Source of the DNA: Thermoplasmata archaeon
GTDB lineage: Archaea > Thermoplasmatota > Thermoplasmata > RBG-16-68-12 > JAJISG01
Assembly: GCA_046758325.1 (NCBI GenBank)
Contig: JBHHZZ010000004.1
Span: 18,035 to 82,034, forward strand
Direction: 5' to 3'
DNA length: 64,000 nt
Part shown: positions 47,926-57,316 of the stretch, in pieces
How the letters are laid out: the number at the start of each line of letters is the position of its first letter
Position numbering within the stretch: position 1 is the first letter of the stretch
Made by a program: the position numbers and the translations under genes
The notes under the pieces: generated by a model
Database searches by the model: none
What the model saw: the letters and a program-made list of their open reading frames with translations, nothing else
What the model was told of the DNA's origin: nothing

Positions 47926-48144
47926 ATCGTACACCCGGATGAGTGCCTCGGCAAGAATGTGTTCACATCCAAAGGGGAGTGCCTCGGTCATGTCCTAGAC
48001 GTCACCCTCTACAGCTTTTCACGAGTCAAACAGCTGGTGGTGGAGACGGACGAGGGCATGAGGAACATCAACGAAGACCTAGTCGACAGGATTGAGCCCG
48101 ACAGGATCCTCCTGAAACATGTCGTGGCTCTTAACGAGCTCTGA
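47926..48144 (+). CDS. PRC-barrel domain protein (probable near-cognate start)
   Basis: ECLGKNVFTSKGECLGHVLDV PRC pattern begins upstream of GTG 47959; GGAGGGAG SD at 47917; TTTATGTA box at 47886. Confidence 0.7.
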   Translation: MVHPDECLGKNVFTSKGECLGHVLDVTLYSFSRVKQLVVETDEGMRNINEDLVDRIEPDRILLKHVVALNEL

Positions 48145-49990
48145 CCCCCGCGCCTTTCGATAAGGAGACCACGGCATCAACGTAGGTGGCATGGCTCCAG
48201 ACGAGGGGGATGACCGAGACCGGTCGTCCGGTGTCTGCCTTGACCTGCTCCGGAAGCAGCAGAGTCGGTGTGGTCCTTTCTGCACACCACTCCACGAGAT
48301 CCTTGGCCTTCCCCCACTCACCCATCCTCATGTAGACATCCGCCAGCCATAGGGTGCAGATGATCCACGGGTTCTGGTGTCCGTAGTAGTCGTCTCCCTC
48401 ATATCTAGCCATACCGCCGACGTCGGACGACCACAGCTCTTTCTTCAGTTTCTCCACCATCACCCGTGCCCTCGGGTCCTCTACTGGGAGGATTCCACAT
48501 CTGATGGTGAGGAGCGTGCTGGAATCCGGAACCTCGTCCTCCGGCTTGATGCTCTTCAGAAAGAGACCTCTCTCATCGTCCCAGAAGTGCTCCAGGATGG
48601 CCTGTCTCATCCTCTCCGCCATGTCGCCCCAACCGCCGAGGCTCTTGCCAAGTTGTTCGGAAATCGATTCTGCATTCTGCAGACCCTGGGCAACGGCGGC
48701 AGCGGAATAGCAGTTGACCGATTTCACCTCCTCCCACAGGTCGAAGGAGGGGAGGGGCAACGCGGTCGCCTTATCCTGGAAGGACACCAGGAAATCGGCA
48801 GCTTCCCTCACCATCGGCCAGATGTTCAGGAGAAACTCCATATCCTTGTTCACGACGAAGTGATGCCAGGCGGCCGTGATGACAGATGCCGTCTGGTCTA
48901 TCTGCAGAAAAGGGGGAGGATGCCACGTTGCTCCAGGGGTGCCATCGGGAAAGTGTCTGTGGAAGAAGTAGCCTTCCTCCTCCTGGGACTCTCGAGCAAA
49001 GACCAGAAACTTGTGCGCGCTCTCATAGAGCCCGGCTCTGTCCATGGCCATGGATATGTAGGCTCCATCTCTCCACCAGTTGTAGTTGTAGGTGTCCCCC
49101 GTGGGCATGAGGCTGCTCACATCGGGGGAGGCGATGATGCTTCCGTTGGCGTTCCAGCAGTTCCGAAGGACGAAGAGGGACCTGTTGTAGAGCGCCTTCG
49201 CCCTAGGGCTCAGGTCCGCAGGCAACTCGATCCTCTTCCCGTCGAACCAGGACTTCCAGAAGTTGACCGTCTCCCGCTCCCTGTAGTCCACCGCCTCCTT
49301 CTGAAGTCGTCTGTAGGCCTCGTTGATCCTCCTCCTGGACTCGGCCAGCAGTAGGAGGAGCCACACACTGGCCGACCCCTCTGCCGGGACATCCAAGTTC
49401 CACTGGACTACCGAGTCGGTGGCTCCGTGGGAGATGGTATTCCCCTCCAGGTTGCCATCTTCGGCGTCCACATGGCTTCCCTGCAGTCCCTTCAGCGTGT
49501 GCTCGCCACACGTGAATCCGTTGAACCTGGGCTCCCCCCAGAGCTGGAGGTAGTAATCCCTCTTGTAGTGGACGATGGCACCCTGAGACTGGTCCCAGTA
49601 GCAGGTGTCCTGATACAGGGACTCCGCGATGCTCATGCTCTGGTAGTGGAAGAGCCTCAGCTCCCTTCGCTTGGACTCCAGATTCCTGACCTCGTATGCA
49701 CGAAGAACGAGGTTGCGGTCCGGGTGCACCATGTCCTTGGTGTGCACCTCTAGCCCGTTGCCCTGAGCCAGAGTCCAGCCCACGTTGGTCTCCTTCTCGT
49801 AGCCCTGGTCAATCTCCCATCCCTCACCGCCGACCCACGTGTAGCTACCGTCTTCCACGTCGTATATCCCTCGCCGGCTCTCCAGCAAGTGCTGGAACTG
49901 GCCTGCATAAGGGTAGTACAGGTACAGCCAGTCGCCGTTCTCATCGACGGCCAGCAGGACCCTGGAATTCCCCGTCAACAAGGAGATCAT
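48131..49990 (-). CDS. Glycoside hydrolase family 15 (glucoamylase/trehalase-like)
   Basis: IIASP, Y.Y.W.RDG, DLWEE, RYEGD.Y, PW..CTLW, LPEQ, PL.WSHA. Confidence 0.92.
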   Translation of the reverse strand: MISLLTGNSRVLLAVDENGDWLYLYYPYAGQFQHLLESRRGIYDVEDGSYTWVGGEGWEIDQGYEKETNVGWTLAQGNGLEVHTKDMVHPDRNLVLRAYEVRNLESKRRELRLFHYQSMSIAESLYQDTCYWDQSQGAIVHYKRDYYLQLWGEPRFNGFTCGEHTLKGLQGSHVDAEDGNLEGNTISHGATDSVVQWNLDVPAEGSASVWLLLLLAESRRRINEAYRRLQKEAVDYRERETVNFWKSWFDGKRIELPADLSPRAKALYNRSLFVLRNCWNANGSIIASPDVSSLMPTGDTYNYNWWRDGAYISMAMDRAGLYESAHKFLVFARESQEEEGYFFHRHFPDGTPGATWHPPPFLQIDQTASVITAAWHHFVVNKDMEFLLNIWPMVREAADFLVSFQDKATALPLPSFDLWEEVKSVNCYSAAAVAQGLQNAESISEQLGKSLGGWGDMAERMRQAILEHFWDDERGLFLKSIKPEDEVPDSSTLLTIRCGILPVEDPRARVMVEKLKKELWSSDVGGMARYEGDDYYGHQNPWIICTLWLADVYMRMGEWGKAKDLVEWCAERTTPTLLLPEQVKADTGRPVSVIPLVWSHATYVDAVVSLSKGAGVRAR

Positions 49991-50000
49991 GTTCCGTCCC

Positions 50001-51098
50001 TCAGTCGTCTTCCCAGACCAGCACTTTTTTGGTCACGTCCTCCTTCTTTTCACGGAAGGCCCGCTCGAACTCCCGCCAGGGATACCGGTGGCTGATGACT
50101 CCCTTCGTCTCTTGCGGGTACCGCTCCAGAAAGCCCCTCAGGTACTTGTGGGCTTTCCTAAAGTGGGTCGCGTTGGAGTTCACGCAGCCGAAGATCACCT
50201 GGTTCTCCAGAACCATGTCCTTCACAATCTCCGTGGCCTCCACCTCCACCGTCACCCGCTTACCGGGTACGCCCAGGAGGACCATGATGCCGTTTGTGGC
50301 GAGGGCGGGGGTCAGATGAAATGGGACCCGGGCTGCCCCAGTGGCCTCAACGATGATGTCGAAGCCGTCGAAGTCATTAGCCAGCACCAAGGGGTCCACC
50401 TCCTTCGAGTTGAGGTGATGGGCACCTATCCCCTCTATGAGTTTTGACCTCCTGGACTCATCGGAGGACCTGTCCATGGTGATCACCTCGGCGCGCAGGA
50501 ATCGGAGGAGGAAGGTGGCCATGAGGCCCAGGGAGCCGGAACCCGCCACCAAGGCCTTCTTCTCCTCCAGGCTCTTCTCCTCCCGCCAGGGCATCCTCTC
50601 CTGGATTTTCAATACCTGGTCTATGGCCTTCACGGCAATGCTCGTCGGCTCCGCAACGACGGCTACCTCGCGGATGTCCGGAGGAACCCTGACCAGGTAC
50701 TCCTCCGTCTCCACGAACAGAGGGGACATGAAGCCGTTCAACCCCTTGATCCCCCTCTCCTTGAAGAGCCCCGTGAAGCAGAAGTCGCTCTGGCCGGTCT
50801 TGCAGGGGGCGCAGAGCCCGCATCCCCTCCGCACCGTGGGATTCACCAAGTCCCCTGGCTTGAGCCCGCCTTTCCCGGGGACCTCCAGGACCTGACCCAG
50901 GGCCTCGTGTCCCAGGGTTAGATACCTCTCCCCCGAGGGCAGTATGCCATACTCGCCCCGGGCAATCTCAAGGTCGGTCCCGTCGATCCCCACCTCCAGG
51001 GTCTTCAGGAGGAACTCATCGCGTCCTCGTTGCGGCTCCGGCCCCTCGACCAGCTTGACTCCTACCTTCGGGGGCTCTACCACGATGCGGTCCATCAT
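50001..51098 (-). CDS. gdh: Glucose 1-dehydrogenase (archaeal Zn-MDR type)
   Basis: GIDGTD, LGHEALG, VRRGCG.C..C....DFC, ERGI.G, EP.S, VNS. Confidence 0.9.
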   Translation of the reverse strand: MMDRIVVEPPKVGVKLVEGPEPQRGRDEFLLKTLEVGIDGTDLEIARGEYGILPSGERYLTLGHEALGQVLEVPGKGGLKPGDLVNPTVRRGCGLCAPCKTGQSDFCFTGLFKERGIKGLNGFMSPLFVETEEYLVRVPPDIREVAVVAEPTSIAVKAIDQVLKIQERMPWREEKSLEEKKALVAGSGSLGLMATFLLRFLRAEVITMDRSSDESRRSKLIEGIGAHHLNSKEVDPLVLANDFDGFDIIVEATGAARVPFHLTPALATNGIMVLLGVPGKRVTVEVEATEIVKDMVLENQVIFGCVNSNATHFRKAHKYLRGFLERYPQETKGVISHRYPWREFERAFREKKEDVTKKVLVWEDD

Positions 51099-51216
51099 TT
51101 CATATGCACCGTTGTGACGGGATTAACCTTTCCCCCTCGTTCCCAGGGAGGCCACCTTCGAAGGAGGCTCCGAGTCAAGGATAAATAGGTAGGCGTCGCT
51201 TGGTACCCGGATTCCT

Positions 51217-52692
51217 ATGACGCAAAGGGTGTTCATCGATGGTGAATGGGTGGAGAGCGGCTCCGGCGAGTATCTGGATGTCCTGAACCCCGCGACGGAG
51301 GAGGTGGTTGACGGTGTGCCCCAGTGCACCCGGGAAGACGCGAAGCGGGCGTTGGAGGCCGCCGATGAGGCTCAGAAGCGCTGGGAGGGTGTCCCGGCAT
51401 CAGAGAGGGCGAAGCTGGCCTGGAAGCTGGCTGATCTCATTGAGAAGGAGAAGGAAAGGCTGGCGCGCCTAGTTACGGCGGAGGAAGGAAAGCCACTGAA
51501 GGAGGCCCGGGACGATGTCCAAGGGGCCGCCGAGTTCTGTCGCTACTACGCCAGCATGGCAAGGCAGGTCGAGGGGAGCGTACTACCCGGAGAGGGGCGA
51601 GACAGGACCATCATGATCCTGAAGGTGCCTGTGGGGGTCGTCGTGGGAATCACCCCCTGGAACTTCCCTGCGGCCATGGTCGCCAGGAAGATGGCCCCCG
51701 CCGTAGTGGCAGGGGACGGCATCGTCCTTAAACCGTCCTCCTACACGCCCCTGACGGCCATCGAGATAGTGAAACTCGCGGAGCGGGCGGGAGCCCCCAG
51801 GGGCCTGGTCAACCTCGTAACTGGTCCGGGTAGCACGGTTGGGGAGGAGCTCGTCAAGAACGACCTCACGCAGATGGTGACCATGACGGGTTCCGTGGAG
51901 ACAGGAACGAGGATCATGCAGGCAGCCAGCGAGAACCTGACCCATGTAGTCCTCGAACTCGGTGGAAAGGCCCCTTTCATTGTGTGGAAGGATGCCGACC
52001 TGGAGTGGGCCGTGAGGAGCGCCTTGTGGGCCAGGTACTGGAATGCAGGCCAGACCTGCATATGTAACGAGAGGACCTACGTCCAAGAGGAGGTCTATGA
52101 GAGCTTCAGGAAGAAGTACGTGGCGGCGGTTCAGGGCCTTAGGATAGGGGATCCCATGAAACCCGAGGTGGACATGGGACCTCTCGTCGCCCGGGAGCAG
52201 CTTGAGAGGGTGGAGAGTTCCGTTAGACGAGCGGTGGAGGACGGTGCCAAGCTGCTGGTCGGCGGAACGAGGCCAACCGGGCCGGGTTTTGAGCAAGGCT
52301 ACTGGTACGCCCCCACGGTTCTGGAGGATGTGGACCAGGGCATGGAGATCATTCAGAAGGAGATCTTCGGGCCCGTGACGCCCCTGAAGAGCTTTGAGAA
52401 CCTGGACGAGGTCATCGACTACGCCAACGACTCGGATTATGGCCTGGCCAGCTACATGTTCACGCGAGATGTAGGTGCGGCCATGAAGGCAGCCCACAAA
52501 CTCAGGTTCGGGGAGACCTACATCAACCAGGTGGGCCCTGAGACTGTCCATGGCTATCACGCTGGTCTGAGGAAATCTGGGATAGGCGGTGATGGCTCGA
52601 AGTACGGATTCGACCACTACTTCCACATCAAGACGGTGTACCTGGACTACAGCGAGAGGCCGGAAGCGGCCCACATCTTCCCCTACAGCTAG
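51217..52692 (+). CDS. NAD(P)-dependent aldehyde dehydrogenase (likely glyceraldehyde dehydrogenase)
   Basis: PWNFP, KPS, TGS, ELGGKAP, NAGQTCIC, EIFGP; context in the ED cluster. Confidence 0.9.
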   Translation: MTQRVFIDGEWVESGSGEYLDVLNPATEEVVDGVPQCTREDAKRALEAADEAQKRWEGVPASERAKLAWKLADLIEKEKERLARLVTAEEGKPLKEARDDVQGAAEFCRYYASMARQVEGSVLPGEGRDRTIMILKVPVGVVVGITPWNFPAAMVARKMAPAVVAGDGIVLKPSSYTPLTAIEIVKLAERAGAPRGLVNLVTGPGSTVGEELVKNDLTQMVTMTGSVETGTRIMQAASENLTHVVLELGGKAPFIVWKDADLEWAVRSALWARYWNAGQTCICNERTYVQEEVYESFRKKYVAAVQGLRIGDPMKPEVDMGPLVAREQLERVESSVRRAVEDGAKLLVGGTRPTGPGFEQGYWYAPTVLEDVDQGMEIIQKEIFGPVTPLKSFENLDEVIDYANDSDYGLASYMFTRDVGAAMKAAHKLRFGETYINQVGPETVHGYHAGLRKSGIGGDGSKYGFDHYFHIKTVYLDYSERPEAAHIFPYS

Positions 52693-54410
52693 TTCCGCCC
52701 AGTGGTGAAGGAGCCCTCGTAGTCCATCCTCGCCCCCTTATCAGCGGAGAGGGCCAGACGTGTGTAGACGGCTAGAAGCCCTCTGTCGAACCTCATAGGT
52801 TGCCTCTCCCATCCTTCCAGCCTCTTGCGAAGTTCGTCCTCCTTGACGAGCAGCTCGAGCCGCCTCTCCGGTATGTCTACCCTTATCTCGTCTCCGTCCT
52901 GAACGACGGCGATGGGTCCTCCGGCCATGGCCTCAGGGCTGACGTGTCCGATGGCCGGCCCCCTGGTGGCACCCGAGAACCTTCCGTCCGTTATCAGGAC
53001 CACCCCCTCAGCCAGTTCCTTCCGAGTGGCGATTGCCTCGGTGACGTAGTACTGTTCGGGCATCCCGTTGGCGGCGGGCCCCTCGTAGCGGATCACGATA
53101 GCCTGGCCTGGCTTCACGCGGTCATCGAAGATGGCCTCGATGGCCTCTTCGGAGGACTCGAAGACGACGGCCTCGCCTGTGAAGGTCCGAAACTCCTTCG
53201 GCAAGGCCCCCACCTTGACTACTGCACCGTCCGGGGCCAGGGAGCCGTAGAGGACGGCCAAGGCGCCTTTGCTGATGGGATTCGACTCAGGCACGATCAC
53301 ATCCTCAGGCGCGATGCCATAGTTTGTGAGGTAGAGCCTATTCCTCTCGAAGAACCCGGACGCTTGCACGTCTCGAAGGTTGTCCTCCAGAGTTGAGCCC
53401 GTTACGGTCAGGGCGTCCATGTTGAGGTAATCTCGCAGTTCCTTGATGAGCCACTGGGTGCCTCCCGCGTACCACAGGTAGTTCACGGGGTGAAGGCCGG
53501 AGGGCCTACAGTTCACCAGAAAGGGTATCTCGCGGTTGAGGTCATCGAAGGACCTCAGGGGGAGGTCGATGCCCGCCTCGTAGGCGAGGGCCACGAGATG
53601 CATGATGGTGTTGGTACTCCCGCCGATGGCCGCGTGGATTACTATTGCGTTCTCGAAAGCGTCTTTCGTTAGGATCCGGGAGGGCCGCAGGTCCTCCTCC
53701 ACCATCTTGACTATGCGTCTGCCTGCCCTCTCAGCCAGCCTGCCCAGCTCAAAGCTGGTTGCAGGGACCAGGGCGCTGGTTGGGAGAGCCAGGCCCAGGG
53801 CCTCGGCCACCACCGCGTTGGTGTTGGCGGTGCCCAGGAAGGCGCAGGTACCTGTGGTGGGGCACGCGTGGAGGGCCAGGCTCTCATACTCCTCCTTGGA
53901 TATCTCTCCACGTCTGAGCTGTGCGTAGAGGGCACCCACCTGTTCCAGGGTGACTCCCTTCGGGCCCACCTCCATGACCCCGCCTGGAATGAATATGGAT
54001 GGTATGTTCACCCGAGCAGCCGCGAGGAGCACTCCGGGGGTGCCTTTGTCAGACCCGGAGACGATGCACATCCCGTCGAAGTGGCCTCCACGAACGTGCA
54101 TCTCCACGGCGAAGGCGATGACCTCCCGGCTGGCTAGGGAAAAGCGCATGCCAGGGGTTCCCTGGTCTATTCCGTCACAGATGTCGGTGCAGTCATATCT
54201 AGCCGATGCGCCTCCTGTCCCCCTGACCCCCCGGACCACCCACTCGTCCGCCAGGGCAGGGAGGTGATAGCTGCAGGGCATGCTTTCTCCGCCGGTCGTC
54301 TCCACCAGAATCCATGGTCTGGCCAGGTCCTGGCGGGTCCAGCCGCAGGCCAAGCGCAGGGGGTCGGCCTCGGGAGCAATCTTCCTCATCTCTTGGCTGT
54401 GAAGGGGCAT
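52689..54410 (-). CDS. IlvD/EDD family dehydratase (candidate gluconate dehydratase)
   Basis: CDG, SLASRE, DK, GTANT, GGSTN, YEGP, ITDGRFSG, GHVSPE. Confidence 0.88.
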   Translation of the reverse strand: MPLHSQEMRKIAPEADPLRLACGWTRQDLARPWILVETTGGESMPCSYHLPALADEWVVRGVRGTGGASARYDCTDICDGIDQGTPGMRFSLASREVIAFAVEMHVRGGHFDGMCIVSGSDKGTPGVLLAAARVNIPSIFIPGGVMEVGPKGVTLEQVGALYAQLRRGEISKEEYESLALHACPTTGTCAFLGTANTNAVVAEALGLALPTSALVPATSFELGRLAERAGRRIVKMVEEDLRPSRILTKDAFENAIVIHAAIGGSTNTIMHLVALAYEAGIDLPLRSFDDLNREIPFLVNCRPSGLHPVNYLWYAGGTQWLIKELRDYLNMDALTVTGSTLEDNLRDVQASGFFERNRLYLTNYGIAPEDVIVPESNPISKGALAVLYGSLAPDGAVVKVGALPKEFRTFTGEAVVFESSEEAIEAIFDDRVKPGQAIVIRYEGPAANGMPEQYYVTEAIATRKELAEGVVLITDGRFSGATRGPAIGHVSPEAMAGGPIAVVQDGDEIRVDIPERRLELLVKEDELRKRLEGWERQPMRFDRGLLAVYTRLALSADKGARMDYEGSFTTGRN

Positions 54411-54557
54411 GACCTTCGCACCTCGCCCTCTCACCCACGAGATACGTTATGTAGTTTTGTTTGGTGCTCCTCTGCTGCGGAGGTTACACCTGGCCGGCAT
54501 CTGGTCTGTCCTCCGGGAGGGGCATTGATAGAGGTGGCTTTCTTCCCGGGTAGTTCC

Positions 54558-55436
54558 CTAAGGCAGGAGAGGCTTTACGATATTCAGAACGCTACGCTTC
54601 TCCTCCGCTGTCAGTTCCATCACCGGTGGTCTAGAATAGGCCTTGAGTCCCCAGACCTTCTCCACCAGGAACTTGGCTGCAGCCGGGAAAGTGCCGACTC
54701 CTAAGGCTTGCGTGAAACGTGCGAGCAGCAGTTGCAGTTTGACGGCTTCCTCGATCCTCCCCTTCTGTATGAGGTTGAAGATATCGACGGTCTCCGACGG
54801 GAAGACGTTGCTGGAGCCTATCACCCCGCCCTGCCCTCCGTGAAGCACCATGGAGGCGAAAAGAGGGTCGAACCCAGTCATGAAGGAGAAGTCCTGCGGC
54901 ATTTCGGTGATGATCTGGATCGCCTTGGCCATGTTGCCAGAGCTGTCCTTTAGTCCCTGAATGGTCCCCTGCCGAGCCATCTTCAGAACAAGTTCAGCAG
55001 GCAGGTCGAACCCCGTGAAGGACGGTAGGTTATAGGCCATGACTGGGATCTCGATCTCCTTCCGTATGGCCTCGTAGTGGCTCTCCAACCCGACAAGCCC
55101 GGGCTTGATGTAGAAGGGTGTAACGACCATGACACCATCGGCCCCGGCGGCCTCAGCATCCTTGGAGAGTTCAACGGCCTCTCGGGTAGAGGCAGCCCCG
55201 GCTCCAACGACCACCTTAGCCTTGTCGGAGGCCTCTCCGATGACCGCCTCGGCCACCCTACGCCTCTCCTCCTTGTCCATCGACGTGAACTCACCCATGC
55301 TGGCCATGGGGACCAGGCCGTGCACCCCTGCTTTGACCAAGTTCGCCACATGCCTCTGTTGGGCAGAAATATCCAGACTGCCCTCTGCATCGAAGAACGT
55401 TATCAGCGGCGTGTATACCCCTTCGAACGGCCTCAT
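54558..55436 (-). CDS. DHDPS/NAL family aldolase (candidate KDG aldolase)
   Basis: SMGEF, PFY, YNLP, GLKDSSG (Schiff-base Lys); ATG 55436. Confidence 0.85.
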   Translation of the reverse strand: MRPFEGVYTPLITFFDAEGSLDISAQQRHVANLVKAGVHGLVPMASMGEFTSMDKEERRRVAEAVIGEASDKAKVVVGAGAASTREAVELSKDAEAAGADGVMVVTPFYIKPGLVGLESHYEAIRKEIEIPVMAYNLPSFTGFDLPAELVLKMARQGTIQGLKDSSGNMAKAIQIITEMPQDFSFMTGFDPLFASMVLHGGQGGVIGSSNVFPSETVDIFNLIQKGRIEEAVKLQLLLARFTQALGVGTFPAAAKFLVEKVWGLKAYSRPPVMELTAEEKRSVLNIVKPLLP

Positions 55437-55530
55437 GGAGCTTCCCGGGGGGATAGAGCCATTCTGTATAAAGAGATGCAGGGCCATCCATCTGCGCGTT
55501 CGGGGGCAGTAGTTTTTAGGCCCATGTGCC

Positions 55531-56901
55531 ATGCCAGGAAGGTTGATACGGAACTCGGAGGAACTCATCGCGCGCCCGACCTCCCCCAGGCTCCAAGCCA
55601 TGCGTAGAGATGCATTGGCGATCTTCGAAGCGGGTCTGAAGGCAGTGGATCCGCGGAACGCCATTGCGGCGCATCTGAGGCGGCAGGGTGAGGTACTGCA
55701 TGTCGATGGCTTAGAGCTGGATCTAGGCCGATACGAGTGCGTGCGGCTGATAGCATTTGGCAAGGCGAGCGTGGCTATGACCAAGGCGCTGCTGGAAAGA
55801 GTTCAGGTGGACGAGGGCCTCGTGGTCTCGGATCAGGAGGAGGGGTTCGAAGCACCCGGGATGGTGGTCGTCCAAGCGGGTCATCCCCACCCTAATGAGG
55901 GAAGCTTTCAAGGCGGCGAGAAAGCCCTCAAAATCGTCCGGAAATGTGGGCCTAGGGACCTGCTGCTGGTCCTTTTGTCCGGGGGAGGCTCCGCCATGTT
56001 AGAGTACACCGACATGCCCTTGGAAGACTTGAGAGAGGTCTCGGATCTCCTTCTGAAGAGCGGCATGGACATCGGGAAGTTGAACACCGTGAGGAAACAC
56101 CTCTCGGATATCAAGGGAGGTCGGCTGGGCAAGGAAGCTGCGGCTCGAGGCGCGGAGGTGGTCACCATCGCCATTAGCGACGTCGTAGGCGATCAGACCT
56201 CCTTCATAGCTTCAGGCCCTACGGTTCCCGACGAGACCACCTTCCTCGATGCCAAGAAAGTGCTCCAGGATTTCGGCCTATGGGACCTGGTTCCGGATGC
56301 CGTCAGACGCAGAATCGAGGCTGGAGCAGGAGGGATGATTCCAGAAACGCCCAAGCCAGGGGACTCGGCCTTCGCTAGGTCTCGGTACTTCATCGTGGCT
56401 AGTAATGGAATGGCCTGCAGAGCTGCTGCTGAGGAGGCGAGGAAGAGGGGGTACGAACCCATCATACTGACGACCAGACTCCAGGGAGAGGCCAGGGAAG
56501 TCGCCCACGTTCTCGCAGCCATCGCTAGGTCGGTAGATGAAGGATTATCTCTGCCGAAGCCGGGAGCCATCATTGTCGGGGGAGAGACCACCGTAACCGT
56601 CAGAGGTGGAGGGACAGGGGGTCGAAATCAGGAACTCGTTCTGGCGGCGGTGCCGTATCTGGAGGATCAGGAGATCGTCATGATGTCATGCGGGACCGAC
56701 GGGCTGGATGGTTCGACGGATGCAGCGGGAGCCATAGCCGATGCCGAAACCCTGCAGAGGGCCTTGAAGCTGGGGATGAACCCTGCGGACTACCTCGCCG
56801 ATAACGATTCCCATCGCTTCTTTCAGAAGCTCGGGGACGCCATCATAACAGGTCCAACGGGAACCAACGTGATGGACCTCCAGGTCATCCTGATAGGATG
56901 A
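55531..56901 (+). CDS. Glycerate 2-kinase (MOFRL family)
   Basis: GKAS..M, HP.P, SGGGSA, RKHLS.IKGG, SDV.GD, GGETTV, GGRNQE, GTDG.DG, TG.NV.D. Confidence 0.93.
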   Translation: MPGRLIRNSEELIARPTSPRLQAMRRDALAIFEAGLKAVDPRNAIAAHLRRQGEVLHVDGLELDLGRYECVRLIAFGKASVAMTKALLERVQVDEGLVVSDQEEGFEAPGMVVVQAGHPHPNEGSFQGGEKALKIVRKCGPRDLLLVLLSGGGSAMLEYTDMPLEDLREVSDLLLKSGMDIGKLNTVRKHLSDIKGGRLGKEAAARGAEVVTIAISDVVGDQTSFIASGPTVPDETTFLDAKKVLQDFGLWDLVPDAVRRRIEAGAGGMIPETPKPGDSAFARSRYFIVASNGMACRAAAEEARKRGYEPIILTTRLQGEAREVAHVLAAIARSVDEGLSLPKPGAIIVGGETTVTVRGGGTGGRNQELVLAAVPYLEDQEIVMMSCGTDGLDGSTDAAGAIADAETLQRALKLGMNPADYLADNDSHRFFQKLGDAIITGPTGTNVMDLQVILIG

Positions 56902-57316
56902 TCGGAGAGACAGGCTAGCCCTCGTTGGTTGGACAGCGTTGACCCTTCCTGTCCGCTCCTCATGTTTCAACCCGTGGGTTTCATCACTAGCACGACGGTT
57001 CTGGATCTGTCTACACTCCAAGGTTTCCTGTCTAGGCTGCCGTATGTCTCCAGGTAATCCGGCCCAGCCTTCCCGGGCAGCTCCCCAGGCTCCATCGAGG
57101 GGAAGATGCTGAGGGAATGGAAGTAGTCCGTCCGCTCCCTAATCTTCATGTAGGATGCCCTGGGTAGATGAAAGGCAGAGATTCTTGTGTGATTAACTAA
57201 TGGTCAGGTTTGTGCACACTGAATAGAGATTTCCTAACAGAAAGCTAAGCTTCCTGTAACAATGCTTAAGTAGACCCGCGCTGTTATGTCAAAGGCCTAA
57301 CGAGAAGGAGCTCTCG

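Noticed and set aside
55437-55784. Apparent N-terminal extension on the aldolase
   Set aside because: Overlaps the divergent glycerate kinase; the family fold starts at ATG 55436
56967-57149. 60-aa - strand ORF between glycerate kinase and asparagine synthetase
   Set aside because: No motif or clear SD; cannot be distinguished from a chance ORF
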